The notes under the pieces are model-generated. The model had not been told where the DNA came from. It ran no database searches and worked only from the letters and a program-made list of their open reading frames with translations. 64,000 bases of DNA from Eledone cirrhosa (taxonomy: Eukaryota). Where the stretch lies: assembly GCA_964016885.1 (NCBI GenBank), contig OZ024741.1:197470001-197534000 (forward strand), in the 5' to 3' direction. Position 1 is the stretch's first letter. Every line of letters starts with the position of its first letter. This document shows, in pieces, positions 1 through 14,243 of this stretch. Made by a program: the position numbers and the translations under genes.

Positions 1-537
1 AGTTGCAGACCTGTCAACTCTCCCCGTTGGACGAGGAGGTCTCCCATCCACATTGGAGTGGGTGAGAGATGTCTTCTCTTGTGAAAATGGGTATAGCTTT
101 CATTATGTAAAATCTCCCCATTTTGCCTAACTTCTCGTTTTGGGGCACTTCTTTCGTCTGGGTTTTTAGAGGTTGGCAGGTCTGCAGTTGTTTTCCCTTC
201 ATAGCATTAAAGTATGGTTAAGTGATATAGGAATAGAAATATCTGAAGCTAAGAGTGTAAGAATCGGATTTAAATAGTTTAATAGATGCAGTAAAAAATA
301 GACTTTATGTAAACTTTGTTCTACCATTGTTATGCAGAAAATAAGGATATAAGCTATACGTAACGGAGATGGATATAAGTTAAGTCATATGTACGTAGAC
401 AAAAGAAAAACGGTCTCTGATGGGCAGTAAACAGGAAAAATATTCGCTGGAATGATCAAATAAAAAAAGATAACGTTAGGTTGGTATCTTAGCAGCGGTT
501 AACCAATACAGATGATTATTTGAAATGAATATAGAGT

Positions 538-585
<48 letters not shown>

Positions 586-1457
586 AGAACAAAGAAAGGC
601 TGTTTAGATTTTAAATTAGTAGTTAATTAAAACTCCACACATTATCCGGATAGCATGTACCAACTGGGAAATAAAAAAGATAAAAACTAGCGTGAGAAAC
701 TAAGAATATTCGAACAGCTAATATTTTAGATGCATGCAACATAAAAACGGTATATGTGAAGTCAGGTGGTGAAATAACGTGTGATGGAAAACAAAAGTGC
801 AAAATAATTGAATGAACATCATAAGAATGAGTATATAAATAAATGCAGTTGCCAGTTGAATAAATAGTTAGAGAACACATTCATAGACACGAAAAACAAT
901 TGGTAGAGTGAGTACTAGCATAATTTACAATTGTACTGAAAGTGAGAATATCGTAATGATTAATTCTGGTCAAGAAAGACAAAGGAGACAAACGCCGGAG
1001 TTTAAAATGATTTAAATTAGAGTACAGTGGGAAGTGAGCCTGATTTTTGGCATTACGATGCCAAGTCTGGACATATTTCGGGCCTTATAGAACTCACCAA
1101 CGAAATATCGTTTAACTGCCTACAGACCATAGATGACTAACCAAGTATATATGAATTTAGTGGTGATGTGACTTTAAAAGGTGATCTTGAGAAAATATCT
1201 AGAGATGTCTGCTGCATAAAAAGCAAATTATAAAGTAGTTGTTATTGTGTTCACCTAAATCTTTCATTTAAGTTAGAACACCACTCGGTATTTATTCACA
1301 GAAACTCTACATGCTGTAACGGTTAGACGGTGTTTCATATTGAGGTCTAATAAGACCGAAACATACTTGGAATTGTTCCCGTACTGTTAAATGTCTAATC
1401 CAGTTCCTACTGTAATCTAGTTTTAATTAATCTTAATTAGAATTCATAGAATAATGA

Positions 1458-1623
1458 TTTCTAGAATAGGCACAAGGCCAGTTATTGGGGGGGGGGGGTC
1501 GGTTAAATATACCCCAGTACGTTACTGGTGCTTTATTGAATTATTGAACTCACACCGTATAGAACGGTAACTATGCTGCAAAGCACAGTGTCCGGCTCTA
1601 CCGATACAGCCAATCCACCGCCC
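1458..1623 (-). mobile_element. tRNA-derived SINE, internally deleted copy
   Basis: Shares head (ggcggtggattggc...) and tail (aggcacaaggccag) with other copies; 20-bp TSD tagaattcatagaataatga at 1438-1457 and 1624-1643. Confidence 0.8.
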
Positions 1624-3339
1624 TAGAATTCATAGAATAATGAGAATACAACAAAAAACAACTGTTAAAACAGCAAAATGCTGTCGGTTAGAATTTACCA
1701 CAAAAGACAGAAATCAGCCGCTAGAAGTGTGTTGGCCCGTAGAAGTGATAGGAAGAAACGAGCAATGGAAGAAAATGGACGAGACAAGATCACACAAACA
1801 TCTTTTAACCTCTTCGGTTCTCAGACCGACTGTGGTTTCACACGATTTAACTCTCAAGTTAAATCATTATTCTATGAATTCTATACACTCGCGCTCCAAA
1901 TCGATCTTTGAGAAAATTTTGTTTATAATCATAATTAATTAAACTTTTGGGAGTGGTTTCTACTACCTTTCTTTCGCAGAATTTGCGATTAAAACAACGA
2001 GTTCTCACCATTGATGTAATTCGAATTAAATAAAAACCCATTGGCTTACTACATTAATTGTGTTAATGCTACTTTAATAGTTGAGTAAAGCCAGTATTGT
2101 ACAACTTATCTTTGATCGGTACTGCCTCCTATAGTGCATTCATATATTAAACATTTAGTAATTTTCCATAATTTCGGACTGTTTGCCGGAAATGTCTGCA
2201 CATATTTCCTAGTTTACAACTCAATATAATTCCCAATCCTATGCCATTCACTAATAGAATCCAAGGGTAGGTATTCCTTTAACCATCATTCCCACACCAC
2301 ATCATGTGTGAGCGCCTGCCAATAGTGAGTCAAGACGACTTTATCTTAAATCACCGTTTCAGACAAGACAGCCGCTGCTTAGTCGAAGTGATCAACCGCT
2401 CAAATTTCTTCTGGAATATTGCTCTATTAATTTTCTTTGCACCTTTGTACGAGCCTATATTTGAGAGAGAAAAAAGAGAGTATATATGTGTGTCTGTGTG
2501 TGTCAGAGTCTCTGTGTGTGCGTGTGTATGTGTGAGTGTCTGTGTGTGTGTGAGTAAGTGTCTGTGAGCTCCATCTGAGTTTGATGTAGTAAATGGTGAG
2601 GTACGGATAAGTTGGCGGAATAGAATAGTCATTAGAACGTCGGATAGAATGCTTTGCGAGATTCGATCCGGTTCGCTGCTCAACTTCATCTTTCATTATA
2701 TAGAGGCCGATAAAGAATGTACCAGACCTGTACTGAGGTCGATTATTCTTCTATATATCTTTCTCACTTCCTCTCTCTCACCTACATTAGACAAAATCGT
2801 CTGTGTTCAGACCTGCAGCAACATTGGCTCCATTAGCTTTAAAATACCCAAGACACGCCGTATGTCCTTACGGGTCCGTACATACATAGTATACACAATT
2901 CAAATTTGTGTGGGGTTTCAGCTTCTGGCTCAATTCTCAAACAAATTGTTTGAATTTAATTGAGATTTAATGATAGATGAAAGTACGGGGAAATTGGAAT
3001 GTATACCAAGTTAGAAAGGACGATACGAGCATTAACAGCAATAAATAATTGCCGTATCAGTTCCAGTTATCACAAATGTCCCAAACTTAGAGTACGCCTG
3101 CGCATCAACAGACATGAGAAACTAGGTATCTTATTCTTTTGAGGGAAGCCGCATGGCTCAGTGATTAGAGTGTTTGGTGCGTTGTGTCCTTGATCAAGAC
3201 ATATTTCACGTTGCTTTTGTCCACTCAGCTGGCAAAAATAAGTTGTGCCTTTAATTTGAAATACAAGAGTGATCACGTCCGAAGCATATAGCTTCAGCAA
3301 ATGCAGAGGGATATGTAGCCTTGATAACCATTAAGAAGT

Positions 3340-3527
3340 AAGAAACGGTGACATCATCGATTTCTTCCCCTGCCTTTGCTGAAGCTAGGTATGTGACGTT
3401 CGTCATTACCTTAAAATTCATAGCGAAAGGCCATCAAAATGTTTTCAAATAAACATATCGTATATTGTTAAATATACAATACGTACATTCATATGTATAT
3501 CGCTATTTCGGAGCACCAATGACCAAT

Positions 3528-3530
<3 letters not shown>
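3340..3530. mobile_element. Fragment of (TA)n-associated repeat family C
   Basis: Reverse complement matches 9430-9560 (attggtgctccgaaatagc...gtatattt...tatgttt); abuts a (TA)n tract. Confidence 0.6.
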
Positions 3531-3590
<60 letters not shown>

Positions 3591-3816
3591 TATAGAGAAA
3601 AATACTGCAGGTCGCACATGGTAACATGTAATAAAATAAGTCCCTCATCAGTGATTTGCCGAAGATCATAGATATTTCATTGCATTAAAAATCATATATC
3701 TCACTTCGGTGCAATAATAACCAAAATAAGTTATTAGGACAATTAAAACGCGTAAAGCGAGTGAGACAGGAGAACAACAGAAAATATAGCATACCTTAGG
3801 GGAGAGACAAGCTTCA

Positions 3817-3958
<142 letters not shown>

Positions 3959-4247
3959 TGGTGCTCTGAATATATATATATATATTTGAAAAGGGTGAAA
4001 AAGGAGTAAAGTTCTATACGAAACAGTGGTTATATAAAAAAGGTGAGATTGTAAATGGCACGAAAAATATATTTAAGGATCTGTTTTTCTTTTTTTCCCT
4101 TTCTTTGATTCGTCAAAGAGACATTATTGAAAGAATGAGAGGGACAATTATTTTAAAAAAGAGTTTTACAATGCATATAAAGTATATAAAGTATAACCGG
4201 TTTCGATGTATTAGTAAAATCCATCGTATCAATTGTTGAGTATTACA

Positions 4248-4350
4248 ATTAAAAAGAATTAAAAAGAATTAAAAAGAATTAAAAAGAATTAAAAAGAATT
4301 AAAAAGAATTAAAAAGAATTAAAAATTAAAAATTAAAGATTTAAAATTAA
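4248..4350. repeat. 10-bp tandem repeat (ttaaaaagaa)n
   Basis: About 7 perfect units followed by degenerate units. Confidence 0.9.
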
Positions 4351-4960
4351 GTGTTGAGGCAAGTTTGTTCATCTTTCTTGTTGAGAAGAAGACTGGAAAA
4401 AGGAATCTTGTGTTTAGAGAAAGATAGCTAGCCATGGTAGTAGTAGCAGCAGCAGTGGTGGTAGGTGTGTTTTTTCATATAGAAGAAAATTGTTTTTAGG
4501 GAGGGGGGAGGGATTTTCTGTAAATATGTGTGTGTATCTCAATTGTGTTAATAGACTGGTCAAGAGTTCAGATGGGGGTGGCGCGAAGAGGAGAAATGTA
4601 AGCTAGAGCCAAATTCTATGGCTGAGGGAGGTAAATGGGATTGGCAAAAGTAGGGTTGTAAAAGAAATTCTATTTTTGGAATATGGCTTTGGAGAGTATG
4701 AATGTGTATGTGTGAGAGTGTATATATAAAAAATACACACATTTGTGTGTGCGTGTGTGTGTGTGTAGAATGTAGTGTGTTTGTGTGTGCTTTAGTTTGT
4801 CTGTCACAGGTCCCTTTGTGGTGGGAAATTAAAAAGATCAGAGCAAAGCATCAGTGGTGGCTTTCAATCATGAATTTTTGGAAAATATGTGTATGAGCAA
4901 TTTCTTTCTTATTTCGTGGTATATGTTTGTGTGTGCGTGTGTGTGTGAGGGAGAGAGAAA

Positions 4961-5032
<72 letters not shown>

Positions 5033-5250
5033 CTAATAGGGGTGATTACATATTTAATTTTGGTTTAAATCTGTTAATAAATAGTTTTTCTTTATTTATT
5101 CTTGTGAAGAGCACTTGTGAAGGGAGAAGATTTTAAAGTAGGGTAGGGTCATTCCTGCACAATCTGCAATGTGGCTACTTAAGGGGATTTTTCGTGTTAT
5201 TTCCAACTTCACCTTTTCTCTCTCTATATATATTTGTATTGGTGCTCCGA

Positions 5251-5325
<75 letters not shown>

Positions 5326-5538
5326 AAGAAAATGCGAAGTAGTTTCAGATGTTAAAGTCCTTTATTGATAAGGCTGTGACACATATTTCAATGACGACAG
5401 TAGCCACGCGATTCCGCCTACCTAGTGCCATAATCTCATCAGACAGCTTCTTACATAATAAGGTTACGTTCCCGAGGCAATCAAAATTAAAACGACAAGG
5501 AACGGACAAAGATGATGTTTTTGAAGCCTTCGCCCGCT

Positions 5539-5579
<41 letters not shown>

Positions 5580-5582
<3 letters not shown>

Positions 5583-6202
5583 CAGGAAAGAAGATTGACA
5601 TGGTTTGCAATACAAAAAAGGTTTTTAATCTCATTGCTGACAATTGTTTCTCTGAACTGGTAGGTCTAGAGATCGCTATTCGCTTGTTTTCACGTTACTC
5701 GATCGCCAATACAAAATTATAACCAGTCAGTTCTTCGGAGCATGCGAGAATGAAGAGAATATACAAGCATGAAAGGAATATACAGGCTACTATATGAAGT
5801 AGTAATGGCATTCAGTTAGAACAATAACAACAATTACAACAATGCTAGTAATAAATTATTTGAGGAGACCCTGACATTACATTAGGTGGGGGGTATAGTG
5901 TATCTAAGATTTCGGCGTGTAAAACTAGCTGACATGAAGCAGAAGTATAAGTTTGGCATGTCGTAGGGTGTATTGTATCAATTTTAAAGATAAGCCGGTG
6001 TTTATCACCAATATAGGTCAGGTGGCTGTAATGTTCAGTATTTATCTGACCGACGAAGTATTTATCATTGAGTAGAATTTGTGTGGTCTACATTAGATGA
6101 GAATACAGTCTTTCTTTTCATCTTCAATAACATACATGAATGGGACAACACTGTCAAAGCTAAATAATGGGCGAGTTAATACAGAGGTTAAGGAGGTAAT
6201 AC

Positions 6203-6269
<67 letters not shown>

Positions 6270-7400
6270 CATACACACACACATATACACACACACGCAT
6301 GTGTACATAGACACATACATACACATCAATATACACTCGTACAAAAATATACATACATGCAAAGAGATAAGCGTGCTGATTGTAATTATGGCAAAAGGAA
6401 GGTAAAGTTACATTGTAGTAGTGATTTGAGAAATTCTTGGATTTAGGATCAAGTGATGGCAGCAGCTGAGAAGGAATAAGTTTATGGGTTGATGAGGTAC
6501 TTACAGACATTTGTGTGGTAAAGACCTGTGAAGGCTAGAGTGTACTTGAGTATATTTCTGTGGTGATTTATGCAGGATAGTGGGTATCCTAATTTAAAGC
6601 TATGTTGTGTTGGTTCGATTCACAGAGGTTTGAATCTTATGAATTTAGTGGCAATTCTATGTCTGCAGAAGATAGATCTTTCTAACTTATTGTTAAGTAG
6701 CCTTTTTACATTTTTGAGGATATACATTAGTTCTAGATCACATAGCCCGCAGTGGGACATACCTGTACTATAGGTTTTAGCAGCCGACAACTTCGACCAG
6801 TTAATGCTGTAGTTAGTGCTGCTGTCCTTCAGTTCCCATATTTTTTTGGCGAGGGTTGTGGAACCCATAAGTGCACGGTTTTTCATTGTGCCTGTGTACA
6901 TACCATCTTTTTTTAAAAGAACCCGCGGTGGATCCTATGTAATTCCAGGTGGAGTTATCCGAGTTGACCGTGCACATGTATACTAGGCTCGAATCGAGAC
7001 ATCTGTTCGCCAATGGGCACCTATCTGGTAGGTGACAGTTACAGTTTGAGGCGCTATTTTGTGCAGCTTCTACACTCCTGTTTAGTACTCTGTTATAAGT
7101 GGGTTGTGATATATGCCCATTGGGGTTTTGCTGTTGCGCGTTTGTATGCGCTTGCGGTTGTGATGTTGTGATGTGTTTATGCTTATAATTTGGTGCTACG
7201 TTATGCATAGGTGCGGTTGATTTACTAGAGATATTTCTGTGGTTGATCCTGCGTATGTGTGATTCTATATTTGCTGCTGTCGAGTATGAGAGTTTTATAG
7301 TAAATCTATTGAGTATTTTGTGATATCTATGTGAGATATATATAATTAGGAGACGAAACAAGTCGAATACAACGGGGATAGATTCGGCCGTTTCCCTATT
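5580..7400 (-). mobile_element. Penelope-like element (Naiad-like), 3' part: RT C-terminus, GIY-YIG endonuclease and 3' UTR; degenerate and interrupted by microsatellites
   Basis: ORFs 6813-7403 and 6620-6901 contain HRYHKILNRFTIKLSYS, CNCx5C, LVY...YIG, CGLCxxE and CRH; HHR downstream. Confidence 0.85.
5635..5742 (-). ncRNA. Type I hammerhead ribozyme motif (variant core, long stem II)
   Basis: Minus strand: UGCU-CCGAAGA-stem II (CUGA/CUGGU..ACCAG/UCAG)-GAA-ACAAUUGU (palindromic stem III)-C-AGCA. Confidence 0.65.
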
Positions 7401-7679
7401 CACTCAATGGGGAACTAAGCTCATATTAAAAATAGAACCTAGCTGGCCAGAGTGCACACTTTCGTTAAACAGTGAGGAAAATGACTTCGTGTTGGTAAGA
7501 TAATACAGTACTGGATAATTAGGAGACAAAGTAAGTCGAATAGATAATAATAAACTTAGGAAAATTAACAAGGAGAGGACAAGGCAATGATCGAAAACAA
7601 GGCAAACCAAAAAACAATTTTTTAAGGGGAACCTTAAAAAATATTTATTTTAAAATAAAAATACAGAACTCCTGGGTCA

Positions 7680-8942
7680 TCGGTGTTGAGATGGACTTTG
7701 GCAGTTTCGACCCTACCAACGGTACTGCTGGACCACTCCTGAGGTCATGAATAACTCGACTCCTTTCTTTCCTTTGTCCAGTCTTTTCATCCTGCCTTCA
7801 CTTTCACAACCCCTTTCTCCAACTCTACAATCCGATTTCTTGACAACTCTCTGTCTATTGACCATACTCACCACACACTCTCTCTAACTCCATCTTCTAT
7901 AACCCCACTTATCCCCACTCCTACCTCGACTTCACCTCATCCCGTCCCACCCATACCAAACTCTCCATACACTACTCCCAATTCCTCCATCTTCACCGGC
8001 TCTATAGCCAGGACCATGATTTCGAGCCCCAGTCCCAACACATGGCCTCGCGCTTCATCCACCGTGGATAAAATGCCCCGTCCTCCACCTCGATTCAAGC
8101 GGTCCTCATCTGCGCCCATGAAACCGACCGTATCTCAGTCCTCTTACACCACCCTACCCTCCCAACAGTCATCTTCTTTTACCCCCTCACTTACCACCCT
8201 ATCACTCCACTTCTCCGGTGCATATCCTCCTTTGCTTCCGCACCCTCAGTTCTGACCCCGTCACTTCTCGCTTTTTTCCAAAACCCACCTATCACCGCCT
8301 TTAAGCAAGCTCGTAAATCTCCGCGACCACCTGGTACACAGCTCCTCTTCCGCCCCTAGAAATCCACCTGGCTTCCACCCCTGTTCTTGTCCCCACTGTA
8401 ACACCTATCTCGTCAATTCTAACCTCACCACTCTCTCAGGCATTAACGGCTCATTCCGTATCTACGACTCCTTCACCTGCACATCCACTCATGTAGTCTA
8501 CGCCCTCCGGTGTTCCCTTTGCCGGTCCATATACATCGGGCAAATAGACTGCCGTCTGGCGGACGTTTCGCTGAACATTTGAGGGACATATAACTCGGTA
8601 TGGATATCCCGTCACTCATCCTTTACGTTCCCCAGGCCACTCTTCCCTACATGTCTCTGGTGTCCTTTTACATCACGGATCACTGGCCTCACGCACCAGG
8701 ACTGAGCAGTCAGATTTTCCAACCTGGGTCTAGTTTCTCAAATGGATTCACCCACCCGCCACCAATTTCTTCAATCTTGCACAAATGCACTTGAACTTTC
8801 CCCCTAGGTTCCTATGGCTCTGTTATGATCAGAAACATACTCTTGCAGCTTATACAGACCAACAGAAACACACACAAACATCTCTACACTCTGTACGGAC
8901 CCAAAACTAACACACACACGCACACACACACACACACACACG

Positions 8943-8999
<57 letters not shown>

Positions 9000-9240
9000 G
9001 CACACACACACACACACACACACCCTAATATATGCACACATATCTTCTTAGCTTCGTACAGACGAATAAGAAACAAACACACACACACGGCCCGTCTCCT
9101 CAATCTTTCTATTTCTTCTTTAATTTCTCATTCTGTTTTCTGATGAAGGACTGGCATCTGAAATGTTAAGACTATTTTCCTACTATATCAAGCATAAACT
9201 AATAATAAAATTCTTCATTGTACCGTGTCATTTGCTTCGT
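7680..9240 (+). mobile_element. Penelope-like element (Neptune-like), degenerate, with terminal HHR
   Basis: C-rich sequence encoding CxxCKT...FTCTSTHVVYALRCSLCRSIYIGQ (GIY-YIG) at about 8380-8580; HHR at 9135. Confidence 0.75.
9135..9172 (+). ncRNA. Minimal PLE-type hammerhead ribozyme
   Basis: gtttt-CTGATGA-aggactggcatct-GAA-ATGT-T-aagac; related to the better-conserved copy at 22444. Confidence 0.6.
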
Positions 9241-9314
9241 CATATATATATATATATAAGTGAAAGCAACTGGTGCGTGTGTTTCTTATTGGCAACATGA
9301 CCCTCCCAAAGTAT

Positions 9315-9368
<54 letters not shown>

Positions 9369-9379
9369 GACGAAGCAAA

Positions 9380-9430
<51 letters not shown>

Positions 9431-9466
9431 TTGGTGCTCTGAAATAGCTATGCATACATGAATGAA

Positions 9467-9762
9467 TGTATAGTATATTTGGCAATATACCGTATGTTTA
9501 ATTAAAGAAATGTTGAAGACCTTACGCTATCGGTTTTAAAGTAGAGACTATGTCACTTACTTCTTTTCGGCGAAAGAAGGGAGAGAAGCTAACAGTCTGT
9601 TTGACGCTGTTGGCGATCATCAGAGCCACGTACTCCCCGCTTTCGCCGAAAATTATAGACGAAAAGAGGTAAGTGACATAGTCACTACGTTAAAACCGAT
9701 AGCGTATGGTCTTCAAAATGTTTTTAATTAAACATACGGTATATTGCCAAATATACTATACA
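9467..9762. repeat. Inverted repeat (about 100-bp arms, family C) with a degenerate HHR in the spacer (9588-9626, minus strand)
   Basis: Arms tgtatagtatatttggcaatataccg... and ...cggtatattgccaaatatactataca; minus spacer reads gct-CTGATGA-tcgccaacagcgt-CAA-ACAGACTGT-T-agc. Confidence 0.85.
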
Positions 9763-9786
9763 CATATTCATATATATATCTATATA

Positions 9787-10588
9787 CTAGCAGCTGAGCC
9801 CGGTTGCACCCGGGGCCACTTTTATTAAGTTAATAATTTGAAAAATATTATTGAAAGTTTATTATAAAGAAGCAATTTCAGGAAAAAAAATAGAAATATG
9901 CACTTGGGGCTGGACGGCGTACAATGATAAGTGGAGCGACGTGGAAAGCGTTGTTTATTAACAGCGAAATAGCAATGTCGATGATATGCAATTTGAAAAA
10001 TACTACTTACTGTTAGTGGTGGTTAACATGTATTAGAATTAAAATAAAAACACGCGTCCCTTCTTCGCAATTTAAGGGTTTTATTTCTTTTGATAGAAAA
10101 CAGTGACCGTACTGCAGAATCGATTTCATAAAACGGTACTGTATGATCGTTAAATGTAGAAGGATGATAGTTTATTAATAGCGAAATAGCAATGTCGATG
10201 ATATGCAAGTTTAAAAATGCATATTATGAAGGTTTGTATGATAGTTTACACTTTTTCCTGAAACTGCTTCTTTATAATAAACTTTCAATAATATTTTTCA
10301 AATTATTGGTACTGTATGTTAACAGCTAAAGAACGTTGATAAGTTTTAAAATGTGTATGAAATTGTAAATAACTCAGCCAAGTATTAGAACAGGGGGAAA
10401 TAACTCACCGAACGCGATAGTAAATAGACCGTTTGGGGACCCTAGGGACCACATTTTTCAAGTTAGAGATTTGAAGCCTTCCTTGGCACTTTTTACATAA
10501 TTTTTATGTCCTTCCGACCACGTCTACTACCACTTAACCGTGCACATCTGAATTTCAACCACCACCCATTTCACAAATATATATTAGA
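9787..10588 (-). mobile_element. Non-autonomous Helitron (about 800 bp)
   Basis: Minus strand starts A|TCTAATATAT and ends with the hairpin cccgggtgcaaccggg plus CTAG|T; no TSD; internal direct and inverted repeats. Confidence 0.75.
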
Positions 10589-10594
10589 TATATA

Positions 10595-10864
10595 TTTCGT
10601 TTCTGAATTTGTTTAGCAAGATTCTTTATCTGAAACCGATATTGTTATGCTTTGGGAGGGTCATGTTGCCAATAAGAAACACACGCACCAGTTGCTTTCA
10701 CTTCAATTTATTATAAATTAAATTTATAAATTTAAGAATTTATAAATTTCCGCAAATTTATAAATTCTTAAATATATAAATTTAATTTATAATAAATTGA
10801 AGTGAAAGCAACTGGTGCGTGTGTTTCTTATTGACAACATGACCCTCCCAAAGCATAACAATAT
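10595..10864. mobile_element. Family A foldback insertion in (TA)n
   Basis: Near-perfect hairpin 10639-10749 / 10754-10864 with loop ccgc; same sequence occurs at 9259, 21975, 35289 and 42470. Confidence 0.9.
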
Positions 10865-11038
10865 ATATATATATATATTTATTAAAATAACAGATTAAAG
10901 TTTAAGCAAAGAATCGCTGCTTTCACCCTTAACGGGATCTTCTGAAACTAACAAAGTCAATCTGTGAACGCAGAAGTAAATATTTCAAAAAACGTTGTAA
11001 CCGGAGGAAGACAGGAAGACGATACTTTGGTTCGTGGA

Positions 11039-11311
11039 AACGTTCCCTGGCAAAGAACGGGAAAAAACGAATATAATACGTCATTATTTGGAGCGGTGAA
11101 AAACAATTACACACAAAGACAAAACCACGTTTATGGTATAAGAGAAGTCGTAGACTAATATTCTATTAGGTGGTTCATAGAGACGTTCTCTGGCAATGAA
11201 CAGAAAAAACGAAGATAATACGTCATATGTGGAGCGGGAAGAACAATTGCACGCGATGACAAAACCACGTAAATGGTATAGCTGAAGTCGTAGACTAAAA
11301 TTCTAACTAGG
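11039..11311. repeat. Diverged direct duplication (about 142-bp period) downstream of the PLE
   Basis: acgttc..tggcaa...gaagtcgtagactaa.attcta occurs twice. Confidence 0.8.
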
Positions 11312-11572
11312 AAACCGAATGATTCTTGGCTTCAGAGTTAAGAATAAAGTAAATAAAATACAGAGGTAATTGAAATTAAATAAATACATACACGCATCCA
11401 TATACGTACATACACAAGCATACGAGAAAACGCTCGCCATAGGTATACAAATACACGCATGTACACAAAAAAAAACAAAAAAAAAACACCGCACGCACAT
11501 ACAGAACCCACGTAACACCTGTACCCGCACGCATACGAATGTATACACCAAATACACAAAAATATATATAAA

Positions 11573-11627
<55 letters not shown>

Positions 11628-11961
11628 CATATAATTAAATAAACGTATATAAATAAATAAATACGTATATAACAAGCGCACACACATACCTACATGTAAA
11701 TATACATATGTAGGTCAACCAAAACACGAAGTACACATATACACACACTCTACATACGTAGGAACCCGCATACTCACACAGACGCAAAACTCACGTATAC
11801 ACATAACGAAAAGCATATGTACCAGAATATATAATATATACGCCATAACATACAATCAAATATACGTACGAGAAAGTATACGTACCTTCACAAAACATAC
11901 AGGTAATATATACTTACCTATACAAATAAGTAATGGTATAAACACAACATATACTTAGCTA

Positions 11962-13461
11962 TCACATCAAGACGTAAAATATCCGCGTATAGTTCGTACT
12001 ATCCGTTAGGGTAAAATGTGGGGCTGTAATACAGGAAAGTTTTGTGCAGTTTACAAGTTTACAAGCCTCAGATTTTTTCTTTAAGATGTGGTCTTTGGCG
12101 TAGAGTATTTCTAGGGGCTCAGCGGCGCAGAGGTCACAAGGTCTTTTATTTCCATTATACGATCTAGCCCTAGCTAGGATCTCCCAGTGTAACTTATATT
12201 GGGTGTGGTTGTCTTTTAGACTCCAGTTATAAGCTGAAAGTGACGTCATATTCCTTCTTAAAGGGTTACGAAAATAATGGGTATGCATGTAATGACACTG
12301 CTTGAATCTATTGGCGGTTAACCCTATGTAGGCCCTACGGGACGTGGGTGTTTCAACCTTATATTTGTAGACAATGTTACTAGAGAGGCATTTTCCGGAT
12401 AGGGGGCAGTCAACCCGATTCCTACAATTTCAGTTAGTACTAACTACAGGGTTGCACGTGTTCCTACGGTTAGGTAGTTTAGCTAAATTTGAAGCTGTGA
12501 TGTTATGTGCAAGGTTAGGAGTCGTAGAGTAAGAAATTCTAATAGTATTTCTATTAAAAATTGTATTATATTTATGTGTAGGGGGAAAATGCTTCATAAT
12601 AAGGAAGAGAAAGATCTTAGCTAATGGTGTGGCCACCTCCATATTATATGGTGGGTTATACCATATAATGCGTCGGGATCTATTTCTCCTAGGTCTATTC
12701 TCGTACTGAGTATATGCTACCTTATCGACAAATCCACTCCGAGTAAGAGCTTCATTGTAATATGTGGAATGGTCATTGAAAATATGCTCGTTAGTAGATA
12801 GACGGGAAAGCCTCAAAGAAACGTTTCTTACCAGGTTCTTGGTTATGCTGGCAGGATGGTTAGAATGCTTTATTATGTAATTAAGCATATCATTCGGCTT
12901 TCTATACGGGTAATGCAAGTCATTTGATAAATTGAGGGTAACGTCGAGGTAATTAACGACCGAGAGGTTGACCTCAACCTGTATGGAGAGGTTGAAGCCT
13001 TTAAAGAAGGCTGTGAGTTCTTTTCTGAACCTGTCGCAAGCACGTGGGCCGCACTTAGTCATGGTCAAAAGACCATCATCACGGTACAAACCATCGCCCA
13101 CGTCGGGGAATTCTTCCTTGATAGAGAAAAGAAGGAAAAGGCCGATAAGATCAGTAACCTCCGCAGAATCGCTGGCGCTCATACTCACGTCGAATGGGGT
13201 ACTATTAGATTTTTTAATCCAAATAGAGTCGTCGAAATTAATCACCGACTTACGGGCATTGAGGATGACATCAACTTCGAAATCCTTAACCACTGTGAGT
13301 ATTTTAGCGAAATTGATAGCGCTAAGGAGAAGTGGTAAAGTGATGGAGGAGTAGTAATTATTGATGTCGAATTGGATAAAACGGCAATGTTCCTTGTTGC
13401 ATATGCCGTTGAACCAATTAATCACCGCGAAAGAATTGTTCCACAGTGCAAGAGGGGCCAA
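11962..13461 (-). mobile_element. Naiad-like Penelope element: RT plus GIY-YIG in one frame, interrupted by a single TGA at 12430-12432
   Basis: YRDDG RT motif, NYLDVTLNL, WYNPPY, then *NCx5C, IVY..YIG and CDLCxxE; 5'-truncated near a (TA)n tract. Confidence 0.92.
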
Positions 13462-13575
13462 ACTTCTAATTTCAGGTATAATTCTATCAAGAATGCTCTA
13501 CGGTTCTTATATATTTGATATATATTTATCCTTATCGAACCTTCTTTGGATTTTAGTCTTCAAATTTATTATTAT

Positions 13576-13630
<55 letters not shown>

Positions 13631-14243
13631 AACATACAGAGAGGAAGTCTGAAAGAGATATAGAAAAAGAAACGGTTTCAGTATCAGACTAGTATTTTTT
13701 TTACCGATTTTGAAAGGTTGAAAGGCACAGTTGAACTCTGCAAGATTTGAATTCTGAGTGTGCAAAGCATTCTATCCGACTTTCTAATGACGTAGTCAAT
13801 TTGTCGCTCTCAGAAGGGATAATCAAACACACGAAATCTGTCTTCTGTTGAATATGACGCAAATGACAATATCATAACTGTTCAGTCTAGACTATCGAAA
13901 TATGTGACGTGTCATTAATAGAAAGTAATGTTTTGCTTTTGTATATTACGACGTAGAAATAGCCATCTTCATACAATAGAACCAATCAGTCGTTACTAAG
14001 ATGTTTGACAACTGAGAAAGAACATAAAAAGAAAAAAAAAAGATAATAACTATATATTTAAAAGAAATCAACACAAAAATAGATGGAAATTAATTATTAA
14101 ACGGTATATAATACAAACAAAGAAAACGTTTACCTCATTATTTACTCTCTTTTGGTATTTATTCTAGAACCACATCTTTGATGGTCTGTTATTGTATTGC
14201 ATAAGATGTTGAGTTCACTAAATATAGAAACACACACACTTAT

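Noticed and set aside
2300-2960. Possible host exons on the minus strand (polypyrimidine plus AG near 2455; open segment 2565-2727)
   Set aside because: No consistent spliced frame or recognisable protein; RNA-seq would be needed.
3620-3660. CTGATGA on the minus strand as an HHR
   Set aside because: No GAAA or stem III at a compatible position.
4194-4236. Minus-strand stem plus GAAACCGGTT, HHR-like
   Set aside because: The CUGANGA core and stem I are not recognisable; at best a decayed relic.
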